Source of the DNA: Squalus acanthias
Lineage: Eukaryota
Direction of reading: 5' to 3'
DNA: 64,000 bases
Assembly (NCBI GenBank): GCA_030390025.1
Contig: CM059425.1
Coordinates: forward strand, 173,602,001 to 173,666,000
A program made the translations under genes and the position numbers. The notes under the pieces are model-generated. The model did no database searches. It saw only the letters and a list, made by a program, of their open reading frames with translations, and had not been told where the DNA came from. Below are positions 47,490 to 60,091 of this stretch, piece after piece (within the stretch, counting starts at the first letter, position 1; each line of letters begins with the position of its first letter).

Positions 47490-49236
47490 TGTACAAGGTA
47501 CAATTAAGTCTAAAAATACTTAACTGGAGGAGGGCTAATTTCAGTGAGTTGAAAAGGGATCTGGCCCAGGTGGACTGGAATCAAAAATTAGTAGGCTAAA
47601 CAGTAATTGAACAATGGGAGGCCTTTAAAGAGGAGATGGTTCGGGTACAGAGTTGATATTCCTATGAGGGGGGGAAAGGAAGGACATGCAAAGCTAGAGC
47701 TCCCTGGATGACTAAAGATACAGAGGTTAAATTGAGACAGAAAAAGGCGGCTTATGACAATTGTAAGGTTCATAATGCAGTAGAGAGCCAAGCTGAATAT
47801 AGAAAGTACAGAGGAGTTCTAAAAAAGGAAAGAGAGTATGAGAATAGATTAACAGCTAACATAAGAGACCCAAAAAGTCTTTCATAAGCACATTAACTAC
47901 CCTTTTACTATTTGAGGAAGGGTGGGGCTGATTAGGGGCCAAAAAGATCATCTTGTGGAGGCAAAGTGCATGGCTGAGATACTAACTGAGTAGTTTGCAT
48001 CTGTCTTCACTGGAGAAGAGGATGCTGCCAGTGTAGCAGTAAAGGAGGAGGCAGGATAGGATTAAAAATAGATTGAGGAGGTACTTGAAAAGGTTGGCAG
48101 TTCTCAAAGTAGATAAGTCACCTGGTCCAGATGGGCTGCATCTTGGTCACCGAGGGAAGTAAGGGTGGAAATTGCGGAGGCTCTGGCCACAATCTTCCAA
48201 TCCTCCTTTGATATGGGGGTGGTGCCAGAGAGCTGGAGGATTGCAAATGTTAACACCCCTGTTTAAAAAAGAGCAGAGGGTTAAACCTGGCAGCTACAAG
48301 CCAGTCAGCCTAATGCCGGTGGTGGGGAAACTTTTAGAGATAATAATCCGGGACAAAATTAATTGGCATTTGGAAAAGTATGGGCTAATAAATGAAAGTT
48401 AGCACGGATTTGTTAAAGGCAAATCGTGTTTGACTAACTTAAGTTCTTTGATGAGGTAACAGGTTGATGAGGGTAGTGCGGTCGATGTTGAATATATGGA
48501 CTTTCAAAAGGAGTTTGACAAAGTACCACATAATAGACTTCTTAGCAAAATTGAAGCCCATGGGATTGAAGGGACAGTGGCAACATGGATATAAAATTGG
48601 TTGAGTGACAGAAAGCAGGGAGTAGTGGTGAGTGGTTGTTTTCCAGACTCTAAGGAAGTATACAATGGACTTCCCCAGGGGTCAGTATTAGGACCACTGC
48701 ACTTCTTGATATGGCCTGGACTTGGGTATATGTGGCATAATTTCAAAGGTTGCACATGATATGAAACTCAAATGTAATAAACAATGAGGAGGATAGTAAC
48801 AGACTACAGGAGGACGTAGGCAGACTGGTGAAATGGGCAGAAACAATTGCAGATGCAATTTAACGCAGAGAAGTGTGAAGTGATACATTTTGGTAGAAAG
48901 AATGAGGAGAGGCAATATAAAGTAAATGGCACAATTTTAAAGGGGGTGCAGAAACAGCGACCGGGGGTGTATGTACACAAACCTTCGAAGGTAGCAGGAC
49001 AAGTTGAGAAGGCTATTAAAAATGCATATGGGATCCTTGTCTTTATTAATAGTGGAATAGAGTACAAAAGCAAGGAAGATCATGCTAAACCTTTATAAAG
49101 CACTGGCTAGGCCTCAGCTGGAGTAGTATGTTCAATTCTGGGCAACAAACTTTAGGAAGGAAATCAAGGCCTTGGAGAGGGTGCAGAAGAGATTTACTAG
49201 AATGGTACCAGTGATGAAAGACTTTAGTTGCGTGGA
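47490..49236 (+). mobile_element. Old decayed CR1 ORF2 fragment
   Basis: PLFKK..YKPVSL, MQFNAEKCEVIHFG; many indels. Confidence 0.85.
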
Positions 49237-49599
49237 GCGTACCAGGAAGGTGACACAAAGTCTAAAAGACAGAGGGGGCTAAATTCGAGAGTCCCCGAAA
49301 ACGGGCGCAGGGATCAGGATGTGCGATTAACCTGCTCCTGCTGCTTCCGATGCAGGCTGCACGCAAACTTCGTGCTGCCTGCTAATTTAAATGATTGGAG
49401 TGTGCAGCAAGTGCTAAATGTGCTGTTGAGCGGCTGCACACCTCAGCAGGAGGCCCAAGTTTGTGCGAGGCTAGCACCACTTGGCTAGTCTGCACTACTT
49501 AAACCCAGCCTGCACCTCTTAATGGGGCGGTGTATTCTGGCTGGAGCAGGTGCTGGAAATCTTTGTGGAGGAGACTATGAGTAGGAAGAAGACTGAATA

Positions 49600-52500
49600 A
49601 TGGCGCAGCAAGGGAGAGAGCGTTCTCCAAGGTTCTCTGACGTTGCACTGGAGGCCTTGGTGGAGGAGGTGGACAGGGGGAGAGAGGTCCTCTATCCACA
49701 GGGGGCCAGTAGGCCCTCCAGACAAACTATGCGAAGGCAGTGGGAGCAGATAGCCGTGGCGGTCAATGTCAGTAATCGAGCCCTGAGGATCTGTGCTGCA
49801 AAAAGTTCAGTGACCTCACACAAGTGGTCAAGGTCAGTGAATGTATCTGCATATGCCATATACCACCAACTGCACCACTAGCCTCAGCAGCTGCTCAATG
49901 CACCACATGCCCATCACTCACCTACCAACAATCTCTATCAAACAGCACTCACACCTCATTCACAGCTTCACCTCACCCTCGCACATTTAGCACTGCTGCA
50001 AGCCTCAGGCCCACATCTCTCAGCTTGCACACTGTCAGCTATCCAACCATGATAGGCACATTGCACCACACTCACTGACGCACCTCCCTCTTGCAGGGCA
50101 AGTTGCTGCATAACCGAATCCAGCAGGGGCTAGGTACAGCTGCATGACCGTACCCCGATGGAGGAGATGGTGGTCGCCATCGCAGAGGCCATGGCTAGCG
50201 GCGGGGCTGAAACCATAGAAGATAACGGTATCCTCATACCTAATTCTTCTCCTCGCATCCCACTTCCCCCTCATCCCACAATGCCTTTTGATTTAAAAAC
50301 TGCAGATGGTGTAAGCATCCACCTTGAGTATAACATTTAATTGTAGTGTAATTGGTGGTATTGATTTGATTTCATTTAATTTAAATTAATTAAAGGGTAA
50401 GTCATGGCAGCACAGCTCAGCCCCGTGGCATGCTCCTCCTGCGCTATGTGGGAAATCAGGCAGCAGCAACCAACTTCTTGGCACCATGGGTGGTTCTGCT
50501 GCACAGGAGGGGAGGAAAAAGAGCGGGAGAGCTATAGTCATGGGGGATTCTATTGTAAGGGGAATAGATAGGCGTTTCTGCGGCCGCAAATGAGACTCCA
50601 GGATGGTATGTTGCCTCCCTGGTGCAAGGGTCAAGGATGTCTCGGAGCGGCTGCAGGGCATTCTGGAGGGGGAGGGTGAACAGCCAGTTGTCGTGGTGCA
50701 TATAGGTACCAACGATATAGGTAAAAAAACGGGATGAGGTCCTAAAAGCTGAATATAGGGAGTTAGGAGGTAAATTAAAAAATAGGACCTCAAAGGTAGT
50801 AATCTCAGGACTGCTACCAGTGCCACGTACTAGTCAGAGTAGAAATAGAAGGATATTTCAGATGAATACGTGGCTAGAAGAATGGTGCAAGGGGGAGGGA
50901 TTCAAATTCCTGGGACATTGGAACCGGTTCTGGGGGAGGTGGGACCAGTACAAACTGGACGGTTTGCACCTGGGCAGGGCCGGGACCGATGTCCTAGGGG
51001 GAGTGTTTGCTAATGCTGTTGGGGAGGGTTTAAACTAAAATGGCAGGGGGTTGGGAACCTGTGCAGGGAGACGGAGGAAAGGGAAGCAAGGATAGAAGAA
51101 AAAGACAGGAAGGAGAAAAGCAAAAGTGGAAGTCAGAGAATTCAAGGGTGTAAATCAAACATGGCCACAGTAAACAATAATTCTAAATGGTCTAAAGAGT
51201 GTTAAAAAAACAAGCCTGAAGGCTTTGTGTCTTAACGCGAGGAGCATTCGTAATAAGGTGGATGAATTAGCTGCGCAAATAGATGTAAACGGATATGATA
51301 TAATTGGGATTACGGAGACATGGCTCCAGGGTGACCAAGGTTGGGAATTCAGCATCCAGGGGTATTCAATATTCAGGAAGGACAGGCAAAAAGGAAAAGG
51401 AGGTGGGGTAGCATTGCTGGTTAAAGAGGAGATTAGTAAGGAAGGATATTGGCTCTGATGATGTGGAATCTGTATGGGTAGAGCTGAGAAATACCAAGGG
51501 GCAGAAAACGTTAGTGGTAGTTGGATACAGACCCCCAAACAGTAATGCTGAGGTTGGGGATGGCATTAAACGGGAAATTAGAGACGCGTGCAATAAGGGC
51601 ACAGCAGTTATCATAGGTGACTTTACTCTACATATAGATTGGGCTAACCAAATTAGTAACAATACTGTGGAGGAGGAATTCCAAGAGTGTATACGGGATG
51701 GTTTCCTGGACCAATATGTCGAGGAACCAACTAGAGATCAGGCCATCTTAGACTGGGTATTATGTAATGAGAAAGGATTAATTAGCAATCTTGTTGTGTG
51801 AGGCCCCTTGGGGAGGAGCGATCATATTATGATAGAATTCTTCATTAAGATGGAGAGTGAAGTAGTTGACTCAGAGACTAGTGTCTTGAAATAAAATAAA
51901 GGAAACTACGATGGTATGAGGCGCGAATTGGCTTGGATGGATTGGGCAGCGTTACTTAAAGGGTTGACGGTGGATAGGCAATGGCAAACATTTAAAGATC
52001 GCATGGATGAACTATAGAATTTGTTCATCCCTGTTTGACATAAAAAATAAAACAAAAAAGGTGACTCAACCGTGGCTAACAAGGGAAATTAGGGATAGCA
52101 TAAGATCCAAGGAGAGGACATATAAATTGGCCAGAAAAAGCAGCAAACCTGAGGATTGGGAGCAGTTTAGGATTCAGCAAAGGAGGACAAAGGGATTAAT
52201 TAAGAGGGGGAAAATAGAATACGAGAGTAAGCTTGCAAGGAACATAAAAACTGACTCAAAGCTTCTATATATATGTGAAGAGAAAAAGATTGGTGAAGTC
52301 AAGCGTAGGTCCCTTGCAGTCAGAATCAGGGGAATTTATAATGGGGGACAAAGAAATGGCAGACCAATTAAATACATACTTTGGTTCTGTCTTCACAAAG
52401 GAGGACACAAATAACCTCCCAGAGATGTCAGGGAACATAGGGTCTATTGAGAGGGAGGAACTGAATGAAATCAGTATTTGTAGGGAAATGGTGTTAGGGA

Positions 52501-55110
52501 AATTGACAGGATTGAAGGCTGATAAATCCCATGGGCCTGATAATCTACATCCTAGGATACTTAAGGAAGTGGCCCTAGAAATAGTAGATGCATTGCTGGT
52601 CATCTTCCAAAATTCTATAGACTCTGGAACAGTTCCCATGAATTGGACGGTGGCTAATGTAACCCCACTATTCAAAAAAGGTGGTAGAGAGAAAACGGGG
52701 AATTATAGACCGGTAAGCCTGACATCGGTAGTGGGGAAAATGCTAGAGTCCATTATAAAAGATGTAATAGCAGAGCACTTGGAAAACAGTGACCGGATCG
52801 GACAAAGTAAACATGGATTTACAAAAGGTAAATCATGCTTGACTAATCTACTGGAATTTTTTGAGGATGTAACTGGTAGAATAGATGAGGGAGAACCAGT
52901 GGATGTGGTGTATTTGAACTTTCAGAAGGCTTTTGATAAGGTCCCGCATAAGAGATTAGCGTGCAAAGTTAAAGCACATGGGATTGGGGGTAAGGTACTG
53001 ACTTAGATAGAAAACTGGTTGGCAGACAGGAAGCAAAGAGTTGGAATAAACGGGTCTTTTTCCGAGTGGCAGGCAGTGACTAGTGGGGTACCGCAGGGAT
53101 CGGTGCTAGGACCCCAGTTATTCACTATATATTAATGATCTAGATGAGGGAACTAGATGTAATATCTCCAAGTTTGCAGACGACACAAAGCTGGGTGGGC
53201 GTGTGTGCTGTGGATGCAGAGAAACTCCAGTATGATTTGGACAGGTTGGGTGATTGGGCAGATGCATGGCAGATGCAGTATAATGTGGATAAATGCGAGG
53301 TTATCCACTTTGGTGGCAAAAACAGGAAGGCAGATTATTATCTGAACGGCAATAGATTGGGAAAAGGGGAAGTGCAACGAGACCTGGGTGTCCTTGTGCA
53401 CCAGTCGCTGAAGGTAAGCATGCAGGTGCAGCAGGCGGTTAAGAAGGCAAATGGTATGTTGGCCTTCATAGCGAGAGGATTCGAGTACAGGAGCAAGGAG
53501 GTCTTGCTGCAGTTGTACAGGGCCTTGGTGAGACCACACCTTGAGTATTGTGTGCAGTTTTGGTTGCCTTATCTGAGGAAGGATGTTCTTGCCATGGAGG
53601 GAGTGCAGCGAAGATTCACCAGACTGATACCTGGGATGGCAGGAATGACATATGAAGAGAGATTGGGTCGATTGGGCTTGTATTCGCTAGAGTTTGGAAG
53701 AATGAGAGGGGATCTCATTGAAACTTATAAAATTCTAACAGGACTAGACAGACTAGATGCAGGAAGGATGTTCCCGATGGCGGGGGAGTCCAGAACCACG
53801 GGTCACAGTCTAAGGATAAGGGGTAAGCCATTTAGGACTGAGATGAGGAGGAATTTCTTCACCCAGAGAGTGGTGAACCTGTGGAATTCTCTACCACAGA
53901 AGACAGTTGAGTCCAATTCATTAAATATATTCAAGAAGGAGTTCGATATATTTCTTAAGGCTAAAGGGATCAAGGGATATGGGGAGAAAGCAGGGACAGG
54001 GTACTGAATTTGGATGATCAGCCATGATCGCATTGAATGGCGGAGCAGGCTCGAGGGGCCGAATGGCCTACTCCTGCTCTTATCTTCTATGTTTCCACTC
54101 TCCGCACTGCAACCCTACCCATGTGCCTTTCTCCTTTCAAATACCCAACAAGTGCAACCTGGCCAGCAGTGGTTGAAGAGCAACAAGTGCAAGAGGAAGA
54201 AGGCAGTGATGATGAAGACACAGCACAGTCACTTAATTTCACACTTGCAGCCATCAGCTCAGATACTGACACTGCGCGCAACATAGAGGATAGCTTAGAG
54301 GCGGGATCTGCACATGTTGAGACACCGGGCACGAGTGGCCTGCAGCCAGGGCAGGGGACAAATGTCGCGCTGGAGCCAGCTTGCCGGAGGGCAAGGTCAC
54401 AAACAAGTTCTACTGCAGAGGTCTCAGATGACCACTTGATGGGGCGGGCTACAGAAGTAGACTGATGGTTATGCACGGTGAAATGCTTGGTGCATTGGAA
54501 GGCCTGCTGGAAAGCCTGTGTGCAATGTCAAGGAGCATGGAGAAGTCCGGCACCAACTTGGCGCAGAGCTTGGAGCCCATCCTCTCCAGCATGAAAGTGG
54601 TGGCCAACTTCGTTAGCACACTTGCGGACCCAACCATGATGCAGGGTCTGATGGCCAATGTCTCCGCTTCCCTTGCAGCTCAAGCAGAAGCCACCCAATG
54701 TCAAGGTCCTGCAATGTCAAGTTCAGACTTCTGTCATGCAAGGTCAGCTTGCTGATATGCAAGCTCAGACTGCTGCCATCGTGGCTGTGGATACCAGTGT
54801 TCAACTGAGCTTGCAGGGTGTCACAGTAGTTCAGCAATCTGTCCTCCCGCCCCGGGAGAGTGACAGTGGCTCCGTGGAGCATGAACCTGCTGTCCTCTGT
54901 CAGGATGACCGCATTCCTCCTCCCACCCCTGCCACTCCACCTTGCTGTTGCCTGTCAGCCAGACAGCTGCCACCTATGCCAAGATGGTGCAGTCCTAAGC
55001 TGGGCCTTCTAGGCCCAGAACTACTTGAGGTCATCCTCCAAGGCCATCTGCAGTCTCTCCCACTGAAAGTCAGCAGCCTTCCACCAGCCATGCTGCAGCC
55101 ACTGGGGTAG
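49600..55110 (+). pseudogene. Harbinger Myb/SANT-like (NAIF1/MSANTD-type) DNA-binding protein gene, spliced, frameshifted, split by a CR1
   Basis: RSPRFSDVALEALVEEV..REVLY..WEQIAVAVN then (frameshift) KKFSDLTQVVK|gtcagt at 49832; acceptor ttgcag|GKLLHNR at 50097; acidic and low-complexity C-terminal part at about 54150-55110. Confidence 0.78.
50330..54095 (+). mobile_element. Near full-length CR1 LINE (internally deleted ORF1 plus decayed ORF2) nested in the Harbinger Myb gene
   Basis: ATG GCA GCA CAG...CSSCAMWEI; MGDSIVR, DGLHL; RT ORFs 52275..53006 and 53144..54007; tail ggcctactcctgctc..ttctatgttt. Confidence 0.9.
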
Positions 55111-55334
55111 CACTGCATAGGGGCCCAAGGAAGAAAGGCACGAAGGGAATGCACAAGGGTGATTAGTTGATGTTCGTATGCAATATGCATGGTTTGATTT
55201 ATAAATTCGATTTGGAATGTTTATTTTGTGTTGGCTTTTATTTTTGCATTGTGGCTAAGTGGACGCTGTGATGGTCAGTAACAAGAGGATAGGAAAGTTT
55301 AGGACTGTTGGTGAATGTGGGATTAGGGTTGTGT

Positions 55335-56370
55335 TTACTGGTATCGCAGCCAGATGAGTCGGTCACGGACAGCCCGGCTAGAAAGAGGCTGTCTGAGTTG
55401 CCTCCTCCCTTCCTCCTCCTCCTCCTAAGCTGGTTGCTGTATAGCTGGTGGCAAGAGCTGTGCCCTCATGATGTCGAGGTTGTGCAGCATGCAATAGATT
55501 GCCACGAATCTCTGCACACGCTCTGCCGAGTACTGCAGGGCTCATCCAGAGTGGTCCAGGCAGTGGAAACGTTGCTTCAGCACACCAATAGTCTGCTTGA
55601 TGATATTTCGTGTGGCAGCATGGCTTTCGTTGTATGAATGCTGCCCACGTGTGTGTGGGTTGCACACCGGAGTCGTGAGCCATGTCGTTAACGGATAGCC
55701 CTTGTCACCCAGTAGCCACCCTCTGGTTTGTCGTGATGGCTCAAATGCAAATGGAACAGCGGACTGCTGCAGAATTAAGTCATCATGACTGCTGCCAGGA
55801 TACCGGACATTCACCTGCATGATTCGCTGAACATGGTGGCTCACCAGCTGGACATTGAGGGAGTGGAATCCCTTTTAGTTGTGGTACATCCGAGTTGAGA
55901 TGCGGCGCCCACAAAGCAAGGTGCGTGCAGTGAATGGCACCCTGCACCATGGAAGCCTGCAATTCTCGCAAAGCCGCATGCTCGCTCCGCCTGCTGCTCT
56001 CTGGCCAGCGAGAAGGAAATGTATTCAGCTGTCTTGGAATACAGAGCCTCAGTTACCTCCTTTATGCAACAGTGCACGGCAAACTAGGAGATGTTGCAAA
56101 TATCTCCTGCTGCAGCCTCGCAGGAACCCGATGCATGAAAATTCATGGCCACCGTGACCTTCACAGCCACTGGCAATGCGGTCCTCGCCTTGCTCTGAGG
56201 TTGCAGATGTGGTGGCAGATTTCAGTGAGGACGTCTGTGGTGAAGCGCAGACGTCTGACGCACTGTTTCTCAATGAGGTTCAAATAGGAATATTGCTCCC
56301 TGAACACCCTGGACGGATATAGCCTCCTGCTGAGAGCCCATCTCCCCCTCCTCCTCCTCCCTCTGCCAGC
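55335..56370 (-). pseudogene. Harbinger (HARBI1-like, DDE_Tnp_4) transposase pseudogene
   Basis: QCVRRLRFTTDV, VHCCIKEVTEALY, VQGAI(H)CTH, KGFHSLNVQLV, RYPGSSHD, WLLGDKGYPL, YNESHAATRNII(K)QTIGVLKQRF, CMLHN spread over several frames. Confidence 0.92.
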
Positions 56371-56884
56371 AGCTTGTCCTAGGTAAAAGAGGTCACGGGT
56401 TTGGGAGGTGCTGCCGAAGAAGCCTTGGCGAGTTGCTGCAGTGCACTTTTAATGTAAGGAAAGCTTTGGCGAGTTGCTGCAGTGCACTTGAAATGTAAGG
56501 AAATCCATATACAACATCATTAAATTTCCTTTATCAACTATTTCCTCAAAAGACTTAAAATTGTATGATATGACTTACCTTTTATATATCTCTGCCGGCT
56601 GTCCTTTAATAACCTCTGTCTTTCTAAGTGAGTATTAATTCTATCCCATATTATGGCCTCTAGAAGCTTACTTACTGCTACTGTTAGGCTGACTGGCCGA
56701 TAGTTACCTGGTTTATCCCTTTTTCTAGTTTTCTCATTAGCTGTTTTAATATTTTTTGTTGCCTCACTGAGATGGTCTTCATACTTCCTTCACGAGAGTT
56801 ACTCTTTCAATAAAACCGATTAACCCATTATTTCTCTTGTAGATTTTTTTATTTTTTCTTCAGCCTTGTTAAGGGGCTAGTTTA

Positions 56885-57010
56885 TCTTTCAGTTTCAATG
56901 AAGGGTCTGTGCCCAAAATGTTAACTTGTCTTTTCTTTTTACAGATGTGGTCAGACCTGTTGTATTTCTGCTGTGTTCTGTTTTTATTTGATTTCTACCA
57001 TTTGCAGTTT
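56885..57010 (+). repeat. Degraded Penelope-associated repeat with a decayed hammerhead-like core
   Basis: ttcaatgaagggtctgtgcccaaaatgttaac...cagatgtggtcagacctg resembles recalled ctgatgaagggtc..gacccgaaacgttaac..cagatgctgccagacctgctg; complementary to the 5277-5345 type. Confidence 0.45.
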
Positions 57011-57609
57011 TTCCTTTGTATTTCTGAATAAAATTTTGCAGTTCGGTAATAAAATTAATTTACATTATCTACAGCCTTTAAAGTTAATCCTAAGCCTTGT
57101 CTTCAGATCCCGCCACAATCTCGTGTCTCTGTATCTCTACAACCTCCTCCAGGCTTGCATCTCCTCCAGCAACCCCCCCCCCCCCCCCCATCCCAATCTG
57201 ACTGCCTATCTGTCCAGTAATCAGTCCTTTCTCTTCATTTATACCTCTGCATTGGTGTTCTATCTTTTTTTTAAATTTTATTCCCTTTTCAGCCACCTGT
57301 ATAATGTACATTGGGACTTTTCTATGTTAAAACATTAAAATTCACATTTTTATTGTAGTTCAATAGGAAGTTTTGCTATGCTGTTGCAGGTCTGGACTCT
57401 GGCCAGTAGATGGTACTGTAATTTTATTTTTTATAATTTAATGCCATCAGTTTTACTCATTTCCAACCTGTGGGTGGCACTGTGCAGGAAACACACAGTA
57501 TGATGCAGTATTTGAGTCAGCACTGCAGGAACAAAGTTTGAAAAAGGAAAGAACGATCGTGTTGGTAGTCTACTTCCTTTCCCTCATCAATTTTCTTTTC
57601 CTTTTATAA

Positions 57610-58262
57610 TTCATAGAATCATGGAATTTTACAGCACAGGATGAGGCCGTTATACCCATCTGCTGGCTCTAATCCACATAGCCTCATTTCCCTATTTATT
57701 TTTTGTCATTTTTCAAGTATTTATCCACTTCTCATTTAACAGCTGTTATTGATTTTGCTTCCACAGCTTTTGCTAGGACATTCCATGTTCTAACATTCTT
57801 CTGCTTTAAAAATAATCTGCTAAATTCTCCCTTCATTCTTTTGGTGTTGATCTTAAATTTATGGCCTCTATGTATCCCCTCATGAACCAGGGGAAATAGT
57901 TTTTCCCTATATACCTCATCAAAGCCCCTATAAATTTTGAATACTTCGCTCCAATCTCTTTCTCTGATTGAAAATAGGCCCAATTTCTCTACCTTGTCCT
58001 CATAGCTAATGCCCCTTAACCTTGGTATCATCTTACTAAGCCTCTTCTGCACCATCTCATAGGCTTGGCAGCCTTCCTAAAACAAGGTGGCAAAAACTGG
58101 ACACTATTCCAACTGTAACCTGACTTGTATAGGCTTAATATGTCCTCTTTGCTTCTGTACACTCTTCCCATATTTATTAAACCATGAATCCCATTTGCTT
58201 TTTTGCAGCTTTATGAACAGGCCCTCCAACTTTTAAAGATTTGTGCATCTAACTTCTGACCA
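57610..58262 (-). mobile_element. Old CR1 3' fragment
   Basis: ORF 57732..58055 VQKRLSKMIP, EKLGLFS, RGHKFKI; catagaatcat tail. Confidence 0.8.
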
Positions 58263-59004
58263 ATGTGCGCAGCCATGCACTGATCGTGAGGTCCCACACA
58301 GGCCGCTCCCCAGCTGTTCCACTGGAAGAGATAGGGTGCATGCCTGGCAGCACAGCAAATTTAAAGGGCCCGTGCAGCGGGAAAAAAAGGATATGTTTAT
58401 TCGCAACACCAAAAGCTCTGATTGGTCCCCTTGGATGACAAGTCCTGATTGGTCCCCATGGAGGACAAGACACATCCAGCAGTTTCTCTGGAATGTATAA
58501 TTAGATCCTCCCTGCCTACGTAATCAGTTGCTTTGCAAAGTGTAATTCGAGCCATTCTGACTGCCGACTCCAGACAGAACAGAGCTCACTTGGAACAGAC
58601 AGGGCTCACCCTCGCGGGTTAAGACCTTCTCCCACCCCCACCTCCAAACAGGTTCCTGCCCCCCACCCCCCCCAGTTTCTGACCTGTGTGTGGGTCACGG
58701 ATTGTTAACAAGTTTATTGGGTATGAAGTGAATAGTGACAGTGTCATGACTTCCGGATTTCGTACAGTCCAATGATGTCACTTGCCACATACGCACCAAG
58801 CTTTCTGAGAACTCAACCAGGTCTAGAGGGAGAACGTGGTGCGGGTGTAAAGAGGTGGGGTTGGAAGAACGTGATCTGTCTTACCATCTGGATCACGTTC
58901 TCGCTCTCATTTCCCCACCTCCACCACCATTAGACCTGGATCATGTTCTTCCCATCCCCGCTGTGTACTCCGTACTCTTTACCAACCCCCCACCCCAAGT
59001 TGCT

Positions 59005-59143
59005 GACCTCCTCTCTCTCTGTCTTGCTCCCTCTCTGGCTGTCCCTCTCTCTCTCCCTCTCTGGCTGTCCCTCTCTCTCTGGCTGTCTCTCTCTGGCTGC
59101 TTGCTGTCTCTCTCTCTCTCACTCTCTCTCTCTCTCTCTCTGG

Positions 59144-59179
<36 letters not shown>

Positions 59180-59220
59180 CTGTCTCTCTCTCTCTCTCTC
59201 TCTCTCTCTGGCTGTCTCTA

Positions 59221-59275
<55 letters not shown>

Positions 59276-59335
59276 CTGTCTCTGTCTCTCTCTCTCTCTG
59301 GCTGTCTCTCTCTCTGGCTGGCTCGCTCTCTCTGG

Positions 59336-59391
<56 letters not shown>

Positions 59392-59438
59392 CTCTCTCTC
59401 CTCTCTCTGGCTGTCTCTCCTCTCTCTGGCTGTCTCTA

Positions 59439-59483
<45 letters not shown>

Positions 59484-59512
59484 CTCTGTCTCTCTCTCTC
59501 TCTCTCTGGCTG

Positions 59513-59544
<32 letters not shown>

Positions 59545-59576
59545 GCGCTGTCCCTCTCTCTCTGGCTCTCTCTCTG

Positions 59577-59625
<49 letters not shown>

Positions 59626-59629
59626 CTGG

Positions 59630-59677
<48 letters not shown>

Positions 59678-60091
59678 CTGTGTGTCTCTCTCTGGCTCTC
59701 CCCCTCTCTCTCTCTCTGGCTCTCCCTCGCTCTCTCTGGCTCTCCCTCTCCCTCTCTCCCTCTCTCCCTCTCTCCCTCTCTCCCTCTCTCCCTCTCTCCC
59801 TCTCTCCCTCTCTCTCTGGCTCTCCCTCTCTGGCTCCCTCTCCCTCTCTCCCACTCCGCCTCTCCCTCTCCTCCGCCCTCCCCCTCTCCGCCCTCCCCCC
59901 CCTCCGCCCCTCCCCCCCCCCCTCCGCCTCCCCCCCTCCGCCTCTCCCCCCCCCTCCGCCTCTCCCCCCCCTCCGCCTCCCCCCCCCCCTCCGCCTCCGC
60001 CTCCTCCCCCCCCTCCGCTTCCTCCCCCCCCCCCCTCCGCCGCCCCTCCCCCCTCCGCCTCCCCTTCTCTTCCCCCCCCCTCCCTCCCCCC
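59005..60091. repeat. Compound pyrimidine microsatellite: (CT)n with GGCTGT interruptions, then (CTCTCTCC)n, then C-rich (CCTCCG-like)
   Basis: Directly visible; almost no A on the + strand. Confidence 0.98.

Larger units (their letters stand above)
49274..56378. mobile_element. Decayed autonomous-type PIF/Harbinger transposon (convergent Myb/SANT gene and transposase); right end lost; carries a nested CR1
   Basis: Putative left TIR GGGGGCTAAATT with the same GG..AATT pattern as the MITEs; two diagnostic genes in tail-to-tail arrangement. Confidence 0.85.

Noticed and set aside
55335..56370. Domesticated HARBI1/NAIF1 host genes
   Set aside because: Frameshifts, stops, mutated catalytic residues and transposon context indicate a decayed transposon.
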